Source of the DNA: Candidatus Omnitrophota bacterium
GTDB taxonomy: Bacteria > Omnitrophota > Gorgyraeia > Zapsychrales > Zapsychraceae
NCBI GenBank assembly: GCA_030637405.1
Contig: DAOWGP010000052.1
Span: forward strand, 1-60,401
Length of the DNA: 60,401 bases
Reading direction: 5' to 3'
Numbering within the stretch: the stretch's first letter is position 1; each line of letters starts with the position of its first letter. Shown here in pieces: positions 50,716 through 60,401 of the stretch. Both the position numbers and the translations under genes were made by a program. The notes under the pieces are model-generated. The model searched no databases. It saw only the letters and a program-made list of their open reading frames with translations, and had not been told where the DNA came from.

Positions 50716-51807
50716 TTATGGACTATCAAAAAACGTCACATCAATTTCAACTTTTCGATTGGCTTGCTCGATAACAGGATTCAAAGAATCGTCGACATCT
50801 AAACGTTTATACTGTTCTTCATTCACCCGAACCATCTGGCCTTCCTTGACAAAATATCCATTGTTGCCAAGCTGCAGTTTCTGGTCGTCGATCTTAGCAA
50901 GAGCAGCTGCCCGGGCCGCGCGCTCTTTATTCCTTAAAAGCCTCATCTCATTCTTGATAGACTGCAACTTAAGGCGATATTCCGCCATGGACATCTCAAC
51001 ATTGGCAACAGCAGCAACACTCTCTTGGCGTGCCATCTGCGCCTGGACCTGGGCCTGAAGCAGAGCAATTTCATTGTTAAGTTCAGTATTGCGTTCGTTA
51101 GATTCCGTCAGCATCTCTTCAGTTCTGTTTAAAAGCGCTCCCGTCGCCTCGAGCTCTTTAGAAAATAACGCAAGAGCGGCCTTGTCTTGTGCAATAATTT
51201 CATTGGCAATATTCAATTTCTCTGTTTTGGCAACTAAGCTTGCCTCACTGGTCCGATAAAGACGCATATAATTCTGGGTTAACGTTGTTTGCTGCGCTGA
51301 GGCCGTAAACATTTTTTGATTCGCTCTAATAACATCCCGATATATGATACTGGTCGAGTAAATAATATGTTCCATCAAAGCAACCAAGGCAATGCATACA
51401 AGAAAACCGATTGTTGTTGTTATGCGTCGCCTCGCAAGAAACCGGTTTACCCCTTTTTGAACTCTCTGGCGCATCCGCGCAAGCACCTGCTCATTCGCAT
51501 CTAAGAATTTAATACCACAGAAGTATTTATCGCGGGAAAATCTTTTCTTCTTATTCCAGACCAAACGACCAACCCGTGGAACATAATTCTTTTCTCCCAA
51601 GTTTGAATCAAAGGACAGAATACAGTCTTCCTTAGGATCAAATTTAACATCCGTTTCCATAAGCATTCCGGTCGCACTAATATTACGAATCCTGGCATGC
51701 CCCTCACGTTGCTTATATTTGATCTGCCAAGAAAGGTGTTCATTCTCCTTAATGCGCAAATCTTTCCGTTCATCTTTTAGGAGCACATGAGCACGATCAA
51801 GCATCAT
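50716..51807 (-). CDS. PilZ-like domain + TM + coiled-coil protein
   Basis: ERKDLR, RNISATG, GRLVW, CGIKF; TM then long coiled coil. Confidence 0.75.
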   Translation of the reverse strand: MMLDRAHVLLKDERKDLRIKENEHLSWQIKYKQREGHARIRNISATGMLMETDVKFDPKEDCILSFDSNLGEKNYVPRVGRLVWNKKKRFSRDKYFCGIKFLDANEQVLARMRQRVQKGVNRFLARRRITTTIGFLVCIALVALMEHIIYSTSIIYRDVIRANQKMFTASAQQTTLTQNYMRLYRTSEASLVAKTEKLNIANEIIAQDKAALALFSKELEATGALLNRTEEMLTESNERNTELNNEIALLQAQVQAQMARQESVAAVANVEMSMAEYRLKLQSIKNEMRLLRNKERAARAAALAKIDDQKLQLGNNGYFVKEGQMVRVNEEQYKRLDVDDSLNPVIEQANRKVEIDVTFFDSP

Positions 51808-52026
51808 ATTTTTTTTATCTCCATTTAATGTTTTAATTTAAAGTATTGATATTTATGGTTTGATTATAACGGATTATTTAACACGCACACAATAAACACA
51901 TTTTCATTATTATTAAATATCAGTATATATATAATAAAGCGTAAAAACAAGAGAATTTCAAACTGAAGCGTGGGAATGAAGCGAAAGCTGTTAATTCTCT
52001 AATATTTAGAACATCTGGTCCTAATT

Positions 52027-53940
52027 TTATTCAAAGATCGGGATCATATCAAAAATACTCTCAATGATCGCCTCTTCAGGGCTCATTTCCATTTCCTGAG
52101 GCGCTTCTCCCTCGCTGCTTCCCGAAGATTGTCCAGGGCCTCCACCACCTTCCGATGGCGCATCCTCAGATTTCTCATCATCGAGATCGAGAGCTTTAAA
52201 AATGACTTTTTTTAGCTCTTCCTTGCCCATGTCTCGAATAATTTCCTTGCCCAGGTCCTCAACATCAGGATACATTCGAAAATCCGCTAACTTGCCGTTA
52301 TAGGTCCTAAGAGGAATATGGATCCGCTGCTGTTCATCCAAGAAATATTTTAATTCTTCTGAAACAGCAACCATACTGGCAGACAACTCGGAAAGTATAT
52401 AGAGATCCGCAGCCAGATTAAGATTCTGATCAAAATCCAGCTTACCGCTAGCAAGCACCAAAAACCCATCGGCATTGACTTGCGCCCTATTAATGAACAC
52501 AACACCTTCATGGATCTTTATATCCGTTTCCACTTTTTCAAGAATCGTATCCTCAGCTTCCAATTTTTCCTTATATTTTTCGAGTAAATTTTTTTCGATC
52601 TTGCCGGCCGCATTTGGAATAAACGAAATCTTGCTTAAAACAAGCTTTAGTATGTTGATATCCAGTATCCGGCCATTTTTGACCTCAAAAACCCCCTCAC
52701 CCACAAGAGAAGACTCCAGAGCTTTCCCGTCTATCCCACGACCACTGAACTTGCACTTGGCGTGCAATTGCCCCTCAAGTTTTACCGGAAGGTTCAGCTG
52801 TCCTGCAAGTTCACTTAACTGAGCATTTGTCAATTTTAAATCTGCCAAGAATTTCTGCTCTGCTAAATATTCGATAAGCCGTCCCGACATTCTCATTTCA
52901 CCGGAAGCCAAGGGCATCTTAATCTCTGCAATCTCCGCATCAGATTCTGTCATCGAGAACTGCATATCTAAATTCTCAATGGGTATGGGAGAATTTTCAA
53001 ATTGCGCCGTAACATCTGTCAGACGTCCATCCGAGGAAAGAACCAGCAACCCCTCTTCGCTTAAGATCATTTGATGAACATCAATCCCTAATTTACCGTC
53101 AATTCTATCTTTAAGACCAGCGTCCTTCAGTGACGGTATTCCCTCATAGACACGGTCTAAGGAAAGGTTTGAGAAATTCGTTTGCATTTTTAGATCGTCG
53201 ATCCGTATCTGTTGATTTAGCATATTGATCTGCGCTAAACCATTAAGGCTAATATTTTTTCGGTCACTGAACAATGAAGCCTTAAGCTGAAACGGAAATG
53301 GCGCGTCCACTGAAAGATTTGAGATCTGAAATTCAATTTCGGTTATAGGAATCATTGTGGATGGTTCCGTCATGTGATCTGTAAAAATAAAGGCCCCATC
53401 CGTTATCCGGATTGATCTGATCAGCATTTCTTTAAAATTGAAATCCTTCGATTTTTTCTTTGTTGCCTTTTCAGAAGCATCTCCCGTCTGAGAGGTAGCA
53501 GCCTTTCCGGCAACCGGCAAATCATCGTTCTCTTTTTGGGCAAATTTCTGAAAATTGATCTCACCCTTATTATTGCGGATAAGATTAACTTTCAGGGAAT
53601 TAAATTCGATCTTTGAGGCCAAAACTTGGCGTTTTAATAAAAAAGGCAGGACATCAACATCCAAATGTGAAGAATCAATATAAAGCATCGGCTCCGTTGA
53701 GAAATCGGGAAGGTCCATAACGGTCAAACCGCTAATATGTAACGTTATCCCTTGATTGACAGAGAAATTAAAAGAGACATGTCGCATGCGCACATCGCGT
53801 TTAATTGATTTGCTGATCTGTTCTGTGATCTGCGCCTTAAAGCGATTGAGATCTACAGTTTTGAGAAAAACAAATATCCCGACAAAAAGAAAAACCGTAA
53901 TGATTAATGTCGATGTGACAATGATTTTAATGATGCGCAT
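52027..53940 (-). CDS. AsmA-family protein
   Basis: N-terminal anchor, DLNRFKAQITEQISKSIKR, NLIRNNKGEINF, LVGEG.FEV.NG. Confidence 0.85.
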   Translation of the reverse strand: MRIIKIIVTSTLIITVFLFVGIFVFLKTVDLNRFKAQITEQISKSIKRDVRMRHVSFNFSVNQGITLHISGLTVMDLPDFSTEPMLYIDSSHLDVDVLPFLLKRQVLASKIEFNSLKVNLIRNNKGEINFQKFAQKENDDLPVAGKAATSQTGDASEKATKKKSKDFNFKEMLIRSIRITDGAFIFTDHMTEPSTMIPITEIEFQISNLSVDAPFPFQLKASLFSDRKNISLNGLAQINMLNQQIRIDDLKMQTNFSNLSLDRVYEGIPSLKDAGLKDRIDGKLGIDVHQMILSEEGLLVLSSDGRLTDVTAQFENSPIPIENLDMQFSMTESDAEIAEIKMPLASGEMRMSGRLIEYLAEQKFLADLKLTNAQLSELAGQLNLPVKLEGQLHAKCKFSGRGIDGKALESSLVGEGVFEVKNGRILDINILKLVLSKISFIPNAAGKIEKNLLEKYKEKLEAEDTILEKVETDIKIHEGVVFINRAQVNADGFLVLASGKLDFDQNLNLAADLYILSELSASMVAVSEELKYFLDEQQRIHIPLRTYNGKLADFRMYPDVEDLGKEIIRDMGKEELKKVIFKALDLDDEKSEDAPSEGGGGPGQSSGSSEGEAPQEMEMSPEEAIIESIFDMIPIFE

Positions 53941-54113
53941 CGTGATCCTCAGGGGGTTGAACTATTAGCAAATCTAACTTGAAGGCCCCGTGTAAACTAT
54001 TATAATATCTGGCCTGTTGTTTTGAATAGAATAACCGTGCCGGGAATGAGTCGTTGTTGATATTTTTATCTACAGTTTTTGCTCTAGTCTGGAAAGTTAC
54101 CACTTTCCGGATT

Positions 54114-54177
54114 GCTAGAAAATTTTTCCCAAAAAAATATGAGTACCGCCATTCTAATGGCGGTACGAATTTTCTTG
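54114..54177. repeat. Dispersed hairpin element, copy 2 (supplies the stop codon of the TPR gene)
   Basis: GTACCGCCAT-TCTA-ATGGCGGTAC with flanks matching 6309..6381. Confidence 0.75.
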
Positions 54178-57100
54178 CAAACGGTTTAAGGTCTCTTCAA
54201 CAATGGTATTACGTGTTTTCTTTTCCTGCAATTGTAAAACAACGCTATGATTGCCCCCGCGCTGCAAACCCTCACGCATTTTCGTCTCTGTTTTTTTCAG
54301 GTAGGCTGCCGTTTTTTTGTATCCAGGTTTCATTTGTTTGATCTGGAGAAATAGAGTTTTTGCCTCTTGATAAGAACCTTTGCGGTACAATTTTACCGCC
54401 CTGGCATATAACTCCCGGAATTGTTTTTCGTATTCCCTTTGAACTTTCCGACGCTGCCCCTTTAATTCTTCGCGTCGCTTTTGAACATGCTTTTCCCAAT
54501 CAATGGACCTCTCATTTTCCATTCTTGGTTCTTCATATCGAGGCTTCATGACTTCCTGTGATACGGGCTTTCGAAAACTACGCTCCACCTCTAACAAGGC
54601 GCGCTGAATAACCTCGCGCCTCTGCCCGGAGACATAAGGTTCTCGGTCTTTGGATGAATACGCGCCTTCTTTAGACATGCCCTGTTTCCCCTGAAACCTG
54701 TCTTTTTTTTGATCCACCCACAATTGTGGATTTTCGCCGATATCCCTATCGATACGCCCAAGATAATCCAGCGTCGCCTTATATCCCGGGGAAAGAGACT
54801 CCACTTCAATAAATTTCAACTTTGCGCGAATAAACTCTTTTGCCTTATACAAAACAAGTGCTTCCCGGTATTTTGCTTCTGCCTCCCTCGAAAGTTTTTC
54901 CTGTCGATTTTGTGAGGTTCTCTCCACAAATTTATTCCCGTTCTTCTCAAGCGCATAAAAACCGGGTTCCTCCGCATACCTTCCTTGACTCCGCGCAGTT
55001 ACTTTTTGCATGGCAAGTTCTTCATCCCTGATATCTTCATCAAGCCGAAGAAGATACTTAGCCGTCGATCTATAACCGGGCAATGTTTTTTCAACATCGA
55101 TAAATGCGATCTTGGCTTTTTCAAACTCTCGGGCTTTGTAATATTTAAGCGCCTTACGATATAATGATTTCGCTTTCTTCTGAGCTCTTTTCTGATGTTC
55201 CCGCTCAATTTGTTCCATTGAATCCTTCAGCTTATTCTTTTCTTCGCGACGGGCCAACGTTTCTTTCTTTAATTCTTTAATCCGCTTTTGTTCTTCGGTC
55301 TTACGTAATTGCCGCTGTCGTGTATCTTTTTTCTGCCGCGCTAATTTCTCTTGCCATCTTTGGCGCCCTAAGATCTCTTCTTCACTTTCCTGTCGAAGCC
55401 GTCTGTTTTTTCTTATCTCTGAATCTGCTCTAGCGAGGTATTTCCCTGTTGACTTGTAGCCCGGCCACATTGCATCAACTTCTTCAAGAGTTTCCTTAGC
55501 CTGCGCAAACCATCCGGCTTTGTAATACCGCAGAGCCTCTTCGTAAACTGAGTCCGCTTGCCGCGCCAATCGTTTTTGATGTTCCTTCTCGATTTCTCGA
55601 ATCGTTTTTTCCCATTTCGCACGTTCGCTTTCGCGAAGCAACGCTTCTTCTCGTAACCTCAGAAGCCTTCTTTCTTCTTCAGTCGCCCGCAATCGCTCAA
55701 GACGGTCTTCCTCACGCTGTTGCGCTAAGCGCTGTTCCCTGATCTGACGTTCAAAAGCAATCTGCTGTTGTTTCTGGCGGGATTTCTCAGCCTTTTGAAT
55801 ATCCCGATCAATATGCTTTAAGTATTTTTGTGTTGATCTATAGCCGGAAAGAATCTGTTCAACTTCAAGAAATTTATCTTTTGCCTGCCCATAATTCCCG
55901 CGCTTATATAATGACATTGCAAACTGATAAACAGCTTCCGCCTGAGCTTCTTTTCTCTGAAATTCTTTGCTCCGCGCAGCCTTACGCTCTCGCTCTTGAC
56001 TCCTCTCTGCTTGCCTGCTTGCTAAAGCTTCCCTGTTACTGCGTTGTTGCGAAGCCTCTCTTTCCATCCGCCGGCGCTTCTGTTCTTCCTTGTGTATATC
56101 ATCATCAATACCTGACAAATATTTCGCAGTCAACTTATATCCAGGAAGGATTTGCTCAACTTCCATGAAATCCGATCTCGCTGCTTCCCATCGCTTTGCG
56201 TTATAAGAACGCAGGGCTTCCTGATAAACAAATTCAGCTTCTTCCTCCAATTTCTTTTGACGCTCACGCTCATTTTCCTGAATAATACGTTCCCACTCTT
56301 CCCGTTGTTTTTCTCGCGCAGAAGCCTTTTTCTTAAACTCCTCAAGACGGTTTCGTTCCTCAACAGCGCGTAATTCTTGCTCCTCTTCCCATTTTTTCTG
56401 TTCGAACAATTTCTTGTCGCGCAGTTTACGCTGGAAAATCCTCTGCCGCTCCTGCTCCCGTTGCTGGCGTTCTTCCTCAATGTCCTGATCGATCCTGGCA
56501 AGATATTTTTCGCTCGACTTATAATCAGGAAATATTCTTCGAACTTCGAGAAAATCCTCTTTCGCCTGTTCAAACTGGCGCTTCTTATAATATTTAACCG
56601 CTTCATGATAAATGAACCGTGCCTGTTCTTTCAGTTTTTTCTGCCGCTCTTTTTCGCTTTCCTCAAGAACTCTTAACCATTCGTGGCGCTCTTTCCGCCG
56701 ACCTGCAACTTCTCTTTTGAATTGATCAAGCCGCGCCTTCTCCTTTGCCTCTCGCAATTCGTCAAGACGCTTTTCTTCGCGCATCCTAGCTAACTCTTCG
56801 TCTCTTTTTTGCTGCTCTAATTCGCGTGCGCGTCTCTCCTGACGCAGTCGAGCATCTTCCTGCACATCACGGTCGATTCGAGCCAGATATTTCTCTGTTG
56901 ATTTATAGTTAGGGACGATTAGCTGCGCTTCCTCAAAACGGCTTTTCGCTAATTCAAACCGGCGCTTCTTGAAATAATGCTCCGCCTCTTGATATACAGC
57001 GTCAACCTGTTCTATTAATTTTTTCTTAAGTTCCCGTTCGCTTTCCTGAAGAATATGCTTCCATTCTTTTTTTTCCTTTTTTCGCGCTAAAATTTCCCTT

Positions 57101-57906
57101 TTGCGTCTCTCCTCTACCAACCGCTCCTCCTCATCCCGGATATCCCTGTTGATCCTGGAAGAATATTTCGCAGTATCCTTATAACCAGGAAGAATGCTGT
57201 TAACCTCTTCAAAATAATCCTTTGCCAGTTTAAATTCTCTCGATTTGTAATAGCCAATAGCCTCTTGATAGAGCGGGTCAACCTGTTCAGCTAGTTTATT
57301 TTCCAACTCGATGCGGCTCTCCTCAAGAATGCGCTCCCACTCCGCCCGTTCTTCACGACGGGCAACGGCATTTTTTTTAAAACTTTTTCCGCTTAAATTT
57401 TGCTGCGCCTGCCTGATCTTATGGGTAAGAATAGTCAGATAATTCCGTGAGGCTTTGTGGTCAGGAGTAATTGTTTCGATTCTCTCAAACATTTTCTTCG
57501 ACGCCACATACTTCTCTTTTTTAAACAGGAAAACTGCCGTGTCATAAAACTTATCAATATTGTTATTGCTGAGCTCTCCCTCACTTTCGGTGAAGAGCAG
57601 ATTCTCATCAACGGGGTCAATTGTATTTTTCAGGTCTTGATGATCTTCAACATATTTCGCAGGACTTTCCAAGACCTCCAGCGCCTTTTCCCAAAGCTCT
57701 TGAGCTTCTTCAAATCGCCCTTGTTCAAAGAGCTCGACCGCCTGCTCATTATAGGCATTGACCTGTTTTTCACTTTGCGGATCTTGATTAGATGGGGATT
57801 CTTGATCGGATAAAAAAGGCAAAAAAGCGGCAGAGTCAGGAGCCATGAACATCACCGAAAACAGAAATAAAAACACAATTGTAAGAGTTTTTTTCTTCAT
57901 ATGCAT
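54154..57906 (-). CDS. Secreted TPR-like repeat protein with E/R/K-rich helical spacers (start corrected to 57906/57900)
   Basis: MKKKTLTIVFLFLF signal; about 10 copies of Y.EA...Y....F..AK..F.EV..I.PGYK.T.KYL..ID.DI. Confidence 0.8.
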   Translation of the reverse strand: MHMKKKTLTIVFLFLFSVMFMAPDSAAFLPFLSDQESPSNQDPQSEKQVNAYNEQAVELFEQGRFEEAQELWEKALEVLESPAKYVEDHQDLKNTIDPVDENLLFTESEGELSNNNIDKFYDTAVFLFKKEKYVASKKMFERIETITPDHKASRNYLTILTHKIRQAQQNLSGKSFKKNAVARREERAEWERILEESRIELENKLAEQVDPLYQEAIGYYKSREFKLAKDYFEEVNSILPGYKDTAKYSSRINRDIRDEEERLVEERRKREILARKKEKKEWKHILQESERELKKKLIEQVDAVYQEAEHYFKKRRFELAKSRFEEAQLIVPNYKSTEKYLARIDRDVQEDARLRQERRARELEQQKRDEELARMREEKRLDELREAKEKARLDQFKREVAGRRKERHEWLRVLEESEKERQKKLKEQARFIYHEAVKYYKKRQFEQAKEDFLEVRRIFPDYKSSEKYLARIDQDIEEERQQREQERQRIFQRKLRDKKLFEQKKWEEEQELRAVEERNRLEEFKKKASAREKQREEWERIIQENERERQKKLEEEAEFVYQEALRSYNAKRWEAARSDFMEVEQILPGYKLTAKYLSGIDDDIHKEEQKRRRMEREASQQRSNREALASRQAERSQERERKAARSKEFQRKEAQAEAVYQFAMSLYKRGNYGQAKDKFLEVEQILSGYRSTQKYLKHIDRDIQKAEKSRQKQQQIAFERQIREQRLAQQREEDRLERLRATEEERRLLRLREEALLRESERAKWEKTIREIEKEHQKRLARQADSVYEEALRYYKAGWFAQAKETLEEVDAMWPGYKSTGKYLARADSEIRKNRRLRQESEEEILGRQRWQEKLARQKKDTRQRQLRKTEEQKRIKELKKETLARREEKNKLKDSMEQIEREHQKRAQKKAKSLYRKALKYYKAREFEKAKIAFIDVEKTLPGYRSTAKYLLRLDEDIRDEELAMQKVTARSQGRYAEEPGFYALEKNGNKFVERTSQNRQEKLSREAEAKYREALVLYKAKEFIRAKLKFIEVESLSPGYKATLDYLGRIDRDIGENPQLWVDQKKDRFQGKQGMSKEGAYSSKDREPYVSGQRREVIQRALLEVERSFRKPVSQEVMKPRYEEPRMENERSIDWEKHVQKRREELKGQRRKVQREYEKQFRELYARAVKLYRKGSYQEAKTLFLQIKQMKPGYKKTAAYLKKTETKMREGLQRGGNHSVVLQLQEKKTRNTIVEETLNRLQENSYRH

Positions 57907-58090
57907 AGAAAAACGTCTAATATTAATCGTGATATGCCGAGTAATATTAATATTATATAAGTTCAACATATTGTAACATATACAATTAGATAGCTTCCAG
58001 CATTTTCTCGGATTTTTTACAGTAATGGCTTCCTCTGAATGTTTTAAGGCATACAGCAAAGAAGACCTGTCTGCCGGCAGGCAGGTACGA

Positions 58091-58168
58091 CGTATGTTTT
58101 TCCTTAATTTTGTTTAGAGGGAAACATTACGTACTTGCTTCATCTAAATTATTTTGGAAAACAAGTAC
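58091..58168. repeat. Double-hairpin dispersed element
   Basis: CGTATGTTTTTCC...GGAAACATTACG-TACTTG...CAAGTAC; matches 13629..13708, partial copy 24210..24245. Confidence 0.8.
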
Positions 58169-58264
58169 GAACGAAGTGAGGAGTTTTCTTGTAGTTTTTT
58201 TGAATGAAACACACGGCAGGAAAGTCGATTCTTAATGTCACTCAAAAACGGGGATTATCTCTAA

Positions 58265-58450
58265 ATGGGCATATTTGCCACAGATTGTTGTTAGGACATT
58301 CCATTAGTTATTGATTTTAAATGTGTTAGATAGAAAATTAGGGATCTTTCTTGAACCTGTTTAGGTAACACCCTTAATTCCCTTTATCTAACTTATTTAT
58401 TAGCAGCATCTACATGAATAGTTAATAACAATTTATGGCAAATATGCCAT
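58265..58450. mobile_element. MITE-like long inverted repeat
   Basis: Termini ATGGGCATATTTGCCACAGATTGTTGTTA / TAATAACAATTTATGGCAAATATGCCAT; inner GTTAGATA/TATCTAAC pair; no ORF. Confidence 0.55.
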
Positions 58451-58472
58451 AAATGACATTCCTGAAATATTC

Positions 58473-60023
58473 TTAATGGAGGGTTTTTTCGGAAAAGACG
58501 TCGGCCGTGAAGATCTCAATCTTTGTTTTCGGATCTTTCCACGCATCTGCAGGAAGGTGAGCTTTTTGAGAACACAACTGGGATAAGAATTCTTCCTTTG
58601 ACCATCCGGTATCAGTAGCGACTTGAGGTAAAAACAGGCCTTGATGCCAGGATCCTTGGCTTACTATAACCCCGTGCGTTCCCAATTCGATTTCGCCAAC
58701 ATTTTTAATAACCCTCGGCTTGGAAAGAACCGATATTTCTATATCAATATCGTTGAGCTCTTCTGATTTTACCGGCTGAAAACGAGGATCTTGTGACGCG
58801 GCAGAAATAGCCATATCACGCACCGTCAGGTATAGGGGCTTTCTTCCAATGACATTACCGATACATCCACGTAGATAACTTTTATTATGAATCGTTACAA
58901 ACGCCCCTTCTTCTTCCAGCAAACGCGCATCAGCTTCTTTGACATCCAATTTTTTTCCTGTTGTAACATATTCTTCAACTGTTTTCCGCGCGATATCAAT
59001 GAGCTTCTTTTTCTGTTCAAGCGTGAGAGATCCTACCCCCTTAATATTACCCTTATCTGCAGTGGGATCTTTTGCCTTGTCATCATTTCCGTAAACAACG
59101 ATCGACGTATACCCAACAACACGGTCGCGATCACCGCTGACATCTCCTGAATTCGCATAGCGCAGAACATCCACCTCATTCAACTCTTTTTGCCTGGCAT
59201 ACAATAAAGCCGCCGTAACAGGCGCGAACCCGCACATTTCCATTGTGCGCAGCTGACATTCTTTCCAAAGCTGTTCGATCTTAAGATTCTTCACGGCATC
59301 GATCGTTCGCATGTCCATCTTACGCGCAGAAGCATCGTCATGATAATGCGATAGATCTGTGCTCACAACAATTAATACGTCTTGACGTGTACCGATAATG
59401 TCATGCAATGTTGCGGCAAAATCTTCCAAAAGCTGAAAACTCGGCTGCCCCATAATGATCGGAACGATCTTAAAATCTTGAAATGTCTTCTGTATAAACG
59501 GAATTTCAACTTCAAGCGAGTGTTCCAATTCAAAAGCCCGGGGTTCGAAATAAAAATTCTCATTAGCCGAGGTGAGTTTCTTCGCAAACTCATCATCAAC
59601 CTCGGCAGTGCCCAGCGGCGTTTGAAAACCTCCTTCCTCCCAAACGGAGATCCCTTCAAATCCAACATGATGGCTTGGAGCCAAGATAAGAATCGTTTTG
59701 TATTTCTTCCGGCTAGCGGCTTTAAATCCATAGGCAGCTACCCCGCCGGAATAGACATACCCGGCATGAGGAGCAATGAGAATATCAATATCTTTATCGG
59801 AAGGGGTAACGGAGGCTTCAGAGAAGAACTTCTCGATGTTAGCCGATAACCGCCTTGGGTTGGCATCATAAAATTGCCCGCTAACATTGGGCTGCTTGAT
59901 CTTGGAACCACCGAAGGCGAGTGAAGACATAGCGCTTAAAAAGAATATGGTGACGGTTAATAATCTGATGTTCGCAAAAAACGCTTTAGCTTTGTATTTG
60001 ATCAGATACACGTCGTATACCAT
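58473..60023 (-). CDS. AmmeMemoRadiSam protein B (MEMO1) - protein A (AMMECR1) fusion with N-terminal hydrophobic leader
   Basis: PHAGYVYSG, EHSLEV, STDLSHY, MCG, VVGY; then GAFVT, LRGCIG, DPRF, LPQVA; start uncertain. Confidence 0.92.
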   Translation of the reverse strand: MVYDVYLIKYKAKAFFANIRLLTVTIFFLSAMSSLAFGGSKIKQPNVSGQFYDANPRRLSANIEKFFSEASVTPSDKDIDILIAPHAGYVYSGGVAAYGFKAASRKKYKTILILAPSHHVGFEGISVWEEGGFQTPLGTAEVDDEFAKKLTSANENFYFEPRAFELEHSLEVEIPFIQKTFQDFKIVPIIMGQPSFQLLEDFAATLHDIIGTRQDVLIVVSTDLSHYHDDASARKMDMRTIDAVKNLKIEQLWKECQLRTMEMCGFAPVTAALLYARQKELNEVDVLRYANSGDVSGDRDRVVGYTSIVVYGNDDKAKDPTADKGNIKGVGSLTLEQKKKLIDIARKTVEEYVTTGKKLDVKEADARLLEEEGAFVTIHNKSYLRGCIGNVIGRKPLYLTVRDMAISAASQDPRFQPVKSEELNDIDIEISVLSKPRVIKNVGEIELGTHGVIVSQGSWHQGLFLPQVATDTGWSKEEFLSQLCSQKAHLPADAWKDPKTKIEIFTADVFSEKTLH

Positions 60024-60158
60024 AGAAACGATAAAAACTATCCCTACCCATTAATTTAACAGATAACGATCCGCACTGAAAAGGCTCGTACGATCTTCTT
60101 TCCGTATTAAATAATCTATCACAAAAAGTGCTATAGTGTCAAATATATTGACCATATC

Positions 60159-60401
60159 ATTGGGTAGGAGGCGGAATTACTTCCGTTGTCCTCCCACACC
60201 ACCGCGCGTACGGTTCCGTACACGGCGGTTCCTGTCATTTCTGCTATGTAGACATCAATACCTGTTATCTAATTATGCGCCCAACTTTACCTCGCGGATT
60301 CCGTCCGCTACTTCCAGTTTCAAGGCCCTCTTTCGAGGCATTTGCCTAAGGACAACCAGAAAATCAGTCAAGCTTCATTGACAAGTTCAGGCCTTCCTCT
60401 A
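60159..60401 (-). mobile_element. 3' portion of a group II intron (class IIC-like); domain V about 60197..60231, domain VI and AT terminus at 60159
   Basis: GAACCGCCGTGTACGGAACCGTACGCGCGGTGGTGTGGGAGG (CGC triad) followed by ...CCTCCTACCCAAT. Confidence 0.9.

Noticed and set aside
57907-58059. N-terminal extension of the TPR-repeat ORF
   Set aside because: AT-rich promoter-like DNA; the signal peptide begins at 57906/57900
58325-58427. GTTAGAT...ATCTAAC...GTTAATA as an empty cassette with attC
   Set aside because: The putative attC would be about 43 bp with no proper L boxes; better explained as part of the fold-back element
60136-60381. 81-aa plus-strand ORF
   Set aside because: Antisense to group II intron domains V/VI

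Overview
Chromosomal segment of a diderm (lpxB/msbA-encoding) bacterium. The secreted giant-protein family at the left end suggests Ca. Omnitrophota; this is inference, not verified. Most of the window is a minus-strand housekeeping backbone: pilD-like peptidase, aroE, leuA, ilvC, pfkA, ahcY, metK, a regulatory PTS cluster, three tRNAs, rpsB-tsf-pyrH-frr, msbA/lpxB, a MoxR-Bat operon, a glucan phosphorylase, AsmA and a MEMO1-AMMECR1 fusion. Non-ordinary content: (1) tandem paralogous signal-peptide-bearing giant genes; in the complete one a conserved N-domain and GGIDL C-motif enclose enzyme-like cargo bounded by recurrent SSP motifs and a 17-bp DNA direct repeat; (2) two integrase-less integron cassette arrays (11.5-13.6 kb and 41.7-43.5 kb) with clear attC sites; (3) a DUF1016-SNase gene split at an in-phase A_AAA_AAG slippery site; (4) an internally deleted RelE-like toxin next to an intact antitoxin; (5) the 3' part of an apparently ORF-less group IIC intron; (6) several dispersed palindromic REP/MITE-like families, some nested or intragenic. 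All calls come from reading motifs by eye; no searches were run.
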